IMG/VR virus record: IMGVR_UViG_3300028277_000003
Span: 1,436-65,435 of that record
Length of the DNA stretch: 64,000 nt
Direction: 5' to 3' (one strand)
Origin: a virus
Lineage: Duplodnaviria; Caudoviricetes
Each line of letters opens with the position of its first letter. The stretch's first letter is position 1. The translations under genes and the position numbers were made by a program. This document shows, piece by piece, positions 46,601-55,600 of this stretch. The notes under the pieces are model-generated. The model had not been told where the DNA came from and ran no database searches. It saw nothing but the letters and a program-made list of their open reading frames with translations.

Positions 46601-49600
46601 TGTAGTATTATTCAAAATTGCTAATCCATTACATTCTTTTTCACGCATTCCAAATAATAATGTTAGTGTGTATGTAGAAGAACTATCTTCATTAAGAACA
46701 GATACTACTGGTTGCTCTTTAAGAGACCCGTCTACTTTCTTTGATACTCCTGATGGTACTAGAGTTATACCTGCATTTTTGTGTCTAAAGGGTATACGTA
46801 ATACTACTCTTGATTTATCTTCACATGGTGAATCTAGATTACAGCATTTACCTCAATGGAAAGATATGGATTTTATCAGAAGATTGACGATTGACTTAGG
46901 TGTAGTATCCCAAAAAGATAGTGTAGTAAACACTTTAGCGGGTGCAGAAGAAATAGTTCGCTTAGTTAATCAACATGCTGCGTTAACTGCTAGAGTACAA
47001 ACTGGTTCAGCGCACGACCCTTCACCGTTTTGGGATACTGATAACGGAGACAGGGGTACACATATGGGGTATATACGCGCTCACATAGGTAGGGAAGTTC
47101 AAGATTTAAACGGGAATGTAGGTTACACAATTGTTCTTCATAGTACAGTACCGGGGGCAAGTGGTAGAAACTTCTGTGCTTGGTTAGATAATAGTAACGG
47201 GCAAACGTCTTATCAACCTCAATTCTTAGTAGGACATGGAGGTAGATGGAGAAACTTTTGGGCATTACCTGATGAAAGAGAAGGAGAAAATATGCACCCT
47301 GCTCCAATGCCTTTGAATAAACACGGTAGACCGTTTGCACCGATTACTACACTACAACAATATATTACATCGTCTAATAGTGGTGAAGATGTAATTAGTG
47401 TTGCAGACTACGATGATAATGCTGTAATGAGAGCAGTGTCTGACTCAATTAGCGGTAAAGGCCACAATACAATAAATACAGAATCTTTAGACATTAAAGG
47501 TTCATCATCTTCATTAATCAAAGGTTTAAGAACTGGTACAAACGCTATTGGAAGAATAAACTTTGGTGGGTTAGTAGCAAGCGGTGTACCGGGTTGGTCT
47601 CCCCATGCTGGTAAATGGGGATGTGGAGAGCAAAATAGCAACTCTTACACTAAAAGATATGGGACTTTATCTACAACAACATACTCAAGTTACATACCTA
47701 CTAAAGATATATCTAGCGATGTAGTGGGTAATGAGCCGATTTATGGATTTAGATTTAAGAATAATATAGGTGCAGATTCGGGTGTTCGTTTTATCTACAA
47801 AAAAATAGGAGATGCTTTTGCTAATAACAATACTTCGTTACCTAATACAATAGATGATGAAGTCTGTGTATTCTTTGACGACAGAGACGTAGCACAAGGT
47901 GGATTCACTATTGGAAAACACGTTCAAGGTTCAGGAGATATTACAGGTCGTATGGAAATTGCAAGTACTACCACAATAGATGGCTCTAGTGTAAATATTA
48001 CTACTACTGAACATAATTGGTTAGGTGGTAAGTGGAGAGGTGTACCGTCGCCTGATTGTACTATTCTCGTAGATGATATTGTTCTTAGCGGTACTAAATT
48101 AACTATAACTCATAAAGTACCATTTACTACTTCTTTTGGTAGTGATAAATTAGGTTATTATGGATTTCCTAAAGAAAATGGCGTTATACATATTTCAGGA
48201 TATAAAGAAACTAATGCTCCTTCGGCAGTTGCAAACTTAGGATATACCGCGTCTTATACGTATAGAGACGGAGATGTATTCTATGGAGTACAAGGTATAA
48301 CGTCTACTCAATTAGCAACTATGAATGAGTTTTATCAAATATCTTCATCTGCTAACTGGACTTGTTTGTTAACAGATGAGATTATGGCTGCCGTAACAGC
48401 AGCCGCAATTAACGCAGGTGAAGAAATAAATACAGAAGATGGTTTAACATTCGATTGTACTAATATGTATGCAGCAGATGGAAAAACATTAGGTGAATGG
48501 GGTGTAAGCCCTAATGCAATTAAGATAAGAAGTTATGATACTAAAAATAAGATTAAACCATTAAGTAAAAGTTTTACTGCTACTTTACATCAAGACCAAG
48601 GAATTAAAGCAGCACATTTAGAGTTTGGAGAAATAGAAAAAGCAGTTAGACCTAGCGGTACTGCTGATTGGACTTTTGGTACATCGCGTGCAGTAACTGA
48701 TACATTAATAGATGATAGCAGTAGAAACGTAGATTGTGGTTATATACCTTACACTTTATTGCAAATTAATACCTTGGCTAAGGGAAGTAATGCTAATACT
48801 GCAACACCAGTTTTAGTTGATTCACAAAACGTACCAGTTGATATTAATAATTGGTCAGAAGGATTGAGAGGCGTACAATTCACTCGTTCTTGTGGAGACC
48901 ACATTTTACCTAAAATAGATAACCCTCATGTAATCATTGATGTTAGTGAAAGTGCCTCTTTTGGATTAAGAGCAGATTTAACACATAGAGCATACCATTT
49001 GATGATACCTTATTACAGACCTTCCCCAACACCGTCATTGGTAAGTGCACCTGAAAGAAAAAGAATATGGATTTCTTCTACTAAAAGTATTGTTGCGACT
49101 GCTAAAGGAATGCTAACTAGTTCAGATGTAACTACTTTAGAATGGGTTGCAGATACGGCTACTGAAAATTGGCCTACTGCCCAAGGTAGCATAGATTTAC
49201 TAACATCTCTATATGCATCTACTGACAATACAAGAGAGTTCGATGGACTGCGCTCTATCGGTAGCGTATTCTCTGAACCAATAGTTTACTTCCGTGGTGG
49301 AAAAAGTAGTAAAGACCACAGTGTTCCCCTCTTCTTTGGTGGAGGATTCAGCGGTGTTACTCTCGACGTTAATGACGGAACCACAAATGACTATTCATCA
49401 TTCTATACTCATCCATACGCCAACGGGCCAACTGGTGTCACCGGATTACAGAATGCCAATGAAATATCTACGAGTTACGCTATGTTAGATGGAAATGCAA
49501 TGTTTGCATTCTTCCCCGGCGCTGCATTGTGTAATCAGCATCGTGGTAGTATTACTCCACCTGCATTCAATCAACAAAACATTCTCGCACCTGATTTGGG

Positions 49601-52600
49601 TAAGGGTGGAGACCCTAGTAAGGGTGGTGTAACATACGGTACAGGTGAGATAAAAGCGAAACCAGTACCACTTGTACTAAGGTTTGCTCATCCGACTGCA
49701 CGATATGAAGACCACGCAGATGGTACAGATAGTAAGACCACTTACCTAATATTTGGTCCGGGTCAAGCATTTCCATTTACACAAGAAGTGGCTGATGCAG
49801 ATAGTGGTAATGCCGCTAATACCAAAGAGCCATTTCCGGGCAGAGTTATCGTAAGCGGTAACACGTGGGCATCTATACCATTAGACGAAACTATTGCAGA
49901 CTCAAGGCACGTATTCCCGAATCATATTGTTAATGAGAAATACAATTTCATGCCACCGAGCAAGGTATACTACGACGCTACTGCTGGTTTCCATTGGAGA
50001 GCAATGGTAAATTGGGAAAGCCCTGCTGGATACTGTTGGAAGGGTAAGTTCTCACAAAGACCTGAACATGGTAGGCATTATGGTCAACAGTTCAACGATA
50101 GCACACCATACGATGTAACAGGTACAGCGCAAATAGGATACGACTTAACACATATACATCCTAAGATACATACGCCTACTATTGGATTTGGTATCACTAT
50201 GGCGGCAGATACGGTATGGCACATGGATGGTGGTTTCCATCCGGGCGGCTCATGGTTAGACAATCAAATTACATTCAATCCGCCACACGTGGGTAAATCT
50301 GCCGCTAGGGTATTGAGTAGCAATTGGGAACGTGCAAACCAAATACACCCTACTGCGTTTAGAACTTCGGGCGTGCTTACAGGTCGCATTTTAGATTACA
50401 TAGGGAATGGTAGTGAAGCCGTAGCAACAGCAGATGCAAAGATGGAATACATCGTAGTAGATGCGACACGTTGTCAGAACGGTGAAGAACTCGCTACTGT
50501 ACTAGGTGCTGCAATAAACGCATTCCCCGGCGCTGGGGCACTCAAGTCTCTAGGCGGTACGCATATGCCGTCTATGGGTAATGCAATGCGTCAAGATAGA
50601 TACGGGTGGATACCGCTTGCTGGAGAATCTAATTATGTGAATGATAGCGCTACTGGTAATTACGTAGATAGTCCAGCAAATAGTTCACAAACAACATTAG
50701 AACAATTACCCGCATCAGGTTGGATTAGATTACATCAAGGGACTAACACTAGATTCGCTTGCTATCATTCTAGGGAAGTATTAGCAGATAGTAGCGATTG
50801 GAAAGTTAGATTCTATCTTGCGCCTAATAGAATAGACGGTTTGAATAAAATAGAAGCACCTGAAACTTGGGAAAAACACATAGATAATGATGGAACGGCT
50901 TTTACTGATTCAATTTCTAGTTCTTACACCCTTTATGTATGGAGCAAAGCGGGTACAATGCGTTTCAATAACGAGAATGTGTCAGCACGCGACCACATGA
51001 CACAAGTTCACTTCTCAGGTATTGTAGATGCTGTTGATAGAACAAAACCAATAGGTGCAGTTGGTTGGCATGGTGAGAGATACTCTTATCTGAATAGTTT
51101 GAAGATAAGTACTACTATAACAAAGAATACCAGTTCTACAACAACTAGCGGATATGCTGCTGGGTTAGGTGCATACCATGAGATGCTTAACTTCTCACCA
51201 TACGGAACTGCTGGTACAGTAATGAACGTACATAGTAACATACCTGTTGTAGCACCAATGCAAGGGAGTCCTGAAAGTACACCTACGATTGACGGTATAG
51301 GAGATGCATTAGGTAGACATATTACCAAGACTTACTTCTATGAAAAATACAACTTAATTACTAATGGCGGTGGTGGTTGGGATACTAGTCTAGATACAGA
51401 TGTAAATACTAGTAATAATCAAGGATATAGATTTACAGATACGGATGCTACTGGAAATGATAATCAATGGGTCGCACCTACTAACTACACCACTACATTA
51501 CCTAAGGAACTAACAACACCACAGGGGTTGTACAGTAGTGCATTCTTAGTAGTCAGTTACGAATGTGAGAGTTCATTAATTGCAAAGTTCGATAGAGACG
51601 GAATAACTGCAAACGGTGATTGGTTACAAATCATAGGACAAGGTAGTAACCCAATCACATACGCTGGTACTACACAATGGGATGAAAGATTCCACGGTCA
51701 AGATAGATTCATCGCACCTGCAAACGCTGGACCGAATGTAGAGGCTCTAATCGTTGAAGGTACGACAGTACCTGTTGGAGATGGTGGTGGTAATTGGGCT
51801 GATACAACATTCTCAGGCGGCTCAGGAACATATTTTCACAGCGCCACACCTACTGATTTGTTATTGAAAAACGCTACACCGGGTCTAAATAAGACAGGTG
51901 ATTTACTGTTCGACCTAGACCATTCTGTTGGTTCTGCATTACTACATACAGATGATGCAGAACGTAATACATCTGCTGATAAATATGCAGCAGCACATAG
52001 TAGTGGTTTCCCCGTTAATTATTGGATGGGTGATGTAAACGCATTACAGATGTATCAAGATTCAGCCGCTAAGAACTTCTCAGTAGAGAATATAGTGTGG
52101 AAGAGAATGGATGGTGGTAACCTCAGTATGCCAGCAATCAATGCACGTGGTCTTGGTGCAGTACCGTGGATGACACGTGTGAATAGTAACACAGCATATC
52201 AGACTGGTGAGAAGATATACGGTAACGTAAGATTCTCCTTTGAAACAACTAATAGTGCAATGTTACCTATACTACAAGCACAGGAGTTAGCACATCCTGA
52301 ATTAATGCGTAAACATCCATACAAGATTGGTAATGTACTGAATATACCTAATGAGGAGATACAATTCCAAAGTATTACAGTTAGAGATGAAACAGGGCAA
52401 GTACACAAGATAGAGGGCGGTAGCCCGCTGGGGACTATCATACGTGGATTCCGTGTACCTGAAAACAGAGGCGTGAAAGGTAACGCGCCTGCACTTGCTA
52501 ATAGTGGTAAGATACCTAACTTGAAAGTACAGTTACCTGACCCTAACAGCATACCGGGCAACATAGTAGTTCGTTCAGGATTCGACCCAATACAAGCGTA

Positions 52601-55600
52601 CCAACACGAAACAATAGGTTCAGGTGGTATGATGCATCCTGATATGAGTGAGAGTGACATAGGACATTTATTTGATAATAGCGTAGCGGGTCCACGTCAA
52701 GCACCAACATATGAGAATCACAACTGGGAACGTATCAACCCAGTAACCTTCGATTCAGAACTAGGTGCGTGGAATGACAACTCTCCATTACAGACTAGTT
52801 ATGAATTACATGACCGTACACTATTCTTCCATGTCACTAAAATGGGTCATTCTCATACACACCGCTATCCTACTGTGTATACACACGCAGGTGGCGTAGA
52901 GACTGACATAGTATCTGTTACAGCATGGGATTCTAGCACCAATGTATTGACAGTAGATGCTACATTAGATGTACAAGTATTCGATGCTGGGTTTGGTACT
53001 AAAGAAGATACTCGAAAGTTCCTACGTGTGTACAACCCGACAACCGATGAAGGTGCTGTGTGTACATATATAGCACAAAACGATGCTACAATAGATGTTA
53101 TTGGAGATGTCAACTTCGCTACATTTATGGCAGGTCAAACTGTTACAAATCTAAAGGTAGTACCATCGTATTACATACCTGCGGGAAGCAACAGGTTCTT
53201 CGCAGCACGTCGTTTATCAGACCATGCAGAGGTTAGCGGCAACTCTCCTGATATGGCTAATACTCTGTATTATGTATCGGGGCAGACAGTAGGCTACGAC
53301 GCATACAGTAAACCTGTATTGACACCTATGCCATTCCCAAGAATGGGACATCACTTCGTTACACCCACTATGCCTATGCTGCCCGGACATTGGGCGCACC
53401 CTGCTTATCAAAATCTATACAGAAGACATTTGATTGATTACCAAATGACAAACGGTTTCGTTGATTCAGGTCTAATTAGTGATAACGCTACATCAACTAA
53501 TAAAAAAGCAGCGGTAGGTACTGCAATAGGTACGGGCGCTATAACTGAAAACATTCATGCAATGGATGCTGAAATTAACTTTAGTGGGATAAATGCAGCC
53601 CCAAGCGGTCCCAGCGACGTACATGGCGGTGCATTTACCCTTATGTTCGAGAGTGGTGTGAAATATGACGGTTACGGTATATTAGCATCATCTGATGGTA
53701 CAAGTACAACTTTAGCAGCAACGGTTAACAAAGCAGGTGGTCACAGTATTGTACTTGAGGCTGCTAGTGAATATACACAAGGTAGACACTTCCCCGACCC
53801 TGCGGAAGTGGGTGCTTACCAAATAGTCATACAGCCTAATGTGTTTGATAATCAATTAATAGGCTATCACAACAATTCAGGCGCTGCATTGACCAGTCAG
53901 CAAATAAACACAGTTATTGGCATAAAAATGGATAGTAACGGTAATGTGGATGGTGCTAAAGGTGGTCTTACATTAGTATTAGCAAAAGCCACACAAGCGG
54001 ATGTACGAGGTTGTGAAGTATTCATCAATGAAGCAATATTAGATATTAGTAATGACCAAGGAAGTCAATTCACAAACATACCACCATTGATGTTGTATAA
54101 CCATGTAGGTATACAATTAACAGAAAGCCCTACATTTACAAGAAAGGGATTCCCATATAGCAAAATGTTCAGCGATGCAACCCCTGCACATACTTTGCAT
54201 ATACCTTGGTGGAGCATATTACATAAGAATGCAATCAAACATAATGGGTCAGCACTTTCAGAAGCAACGAATTACAGAAAACTATCTCAATATAGTCCCG
54301 AAGATTACTACATGTTTATGAGAAGTACATTTGGAAGTGTAGGAAGTCAGTTAACTATTAACGGATATACATCTTTGTACTTTGATATATATGATAAATA
54401 CAATAAAAGTATAAGTCTAAATCCAAAATGTACTGTTGTATCTTTCAATACTAATGGAACAATAGTTGTAGATAACGCAAATACGTTCCCGATGTATCCT
54501 TACTACCAACAAAGAATACAGTATACTGGTAAGAATGGAACAATCTATACTAAAACCCTAACGAGCGTTAGTGGAGATACTGCTGCAACAATCAATATAC
54601 CCAAAACATTGACATTAGGTGCTAAATCAGGCGCTGATGGTTTTTGGGATAACATATATGATGATGCAATACTTACTTTAACACATAGTTACAATACATT
54701 ACCAGCGGGTGAACTACTTACGAATAAACGTAAGAGTGTATTTGCGAATATATTACCTGATATAATTAATGGTAATCAAGATACATATAGTAATCATGTA
54801 CCTGATGCATTCCTATGTATGTGGCATCCTAACCTCGGTAGACCTAATACATACTTCTCAGATAATACATCTCGTAGTTGGAAAGGTAATGCAGTTAACA
54901 AAGCAGCATATAATTCATTACCTGAACATTTTGAAACTATACATTATCACGATTTTACACATGCAATGAGTACAGGCCCATTTGATTACTTAATTAAGAG
55001 ACCTAGTATAAATAAAATTGGTGCATTATCTCAATTCATAGATAGAACTTGTGATTTTACAAACAATGATGCTACTGTTGCAATGGATAGTACATCGTTG
55101 TTGGTAGTCGGTATGGGTGTGACTGGTGCTGGGATACCATCAGGAACAACAGTAGCCAGTATAACTAACTCTACCACTTTTGAATTAAGTGCAACTGTGT
55201 CGAATGGTGGACTTACTGTCACAAATGGCGCTTTAACGTTCACAGAACCCACATTAAACGGATTTTGGCCTTGTGGCAGTCGTGGCGGTCCACATGCAAG
55301 TAAACTAGACTTGTATGGAATGGCCTCTACGTCTTGGAATGTACATAATACGTCTACAAGCGCTAATTTCGCCTCTAATAGCAACTTAGAGTGGATAGAT
55401 TCTGACGATGATGGTAGTTATGCTGTATCTGCGGGTATTGCGACTGGTTCCATGGATGAGTTTAGAAGAAGGCCGTATGGTTACCGTAACGCTGTACGTC
55501 AAGCCTATAACAGACCAAGATACGATATCAACAGCGTGCGTGCAGTGTATGAAGCAGGGGCATCAGGTTCTGCTCAAAATACCACTAACTACGACGCAGG

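Larger units (their letters stand above)
34669..55250 (+). repeat. ~70-aa beta-module in three copies: 34669-34890, 35752-35955, 55035-55250
   Basis: F[TI]D[AR]TC...G[ML]xV[TS]GxxIP...V[AS]SI...FxLS...GGxxVTNG[TA]LTF in the tail tube (x2) and the giant protein (x1). Confidence 0.9.
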
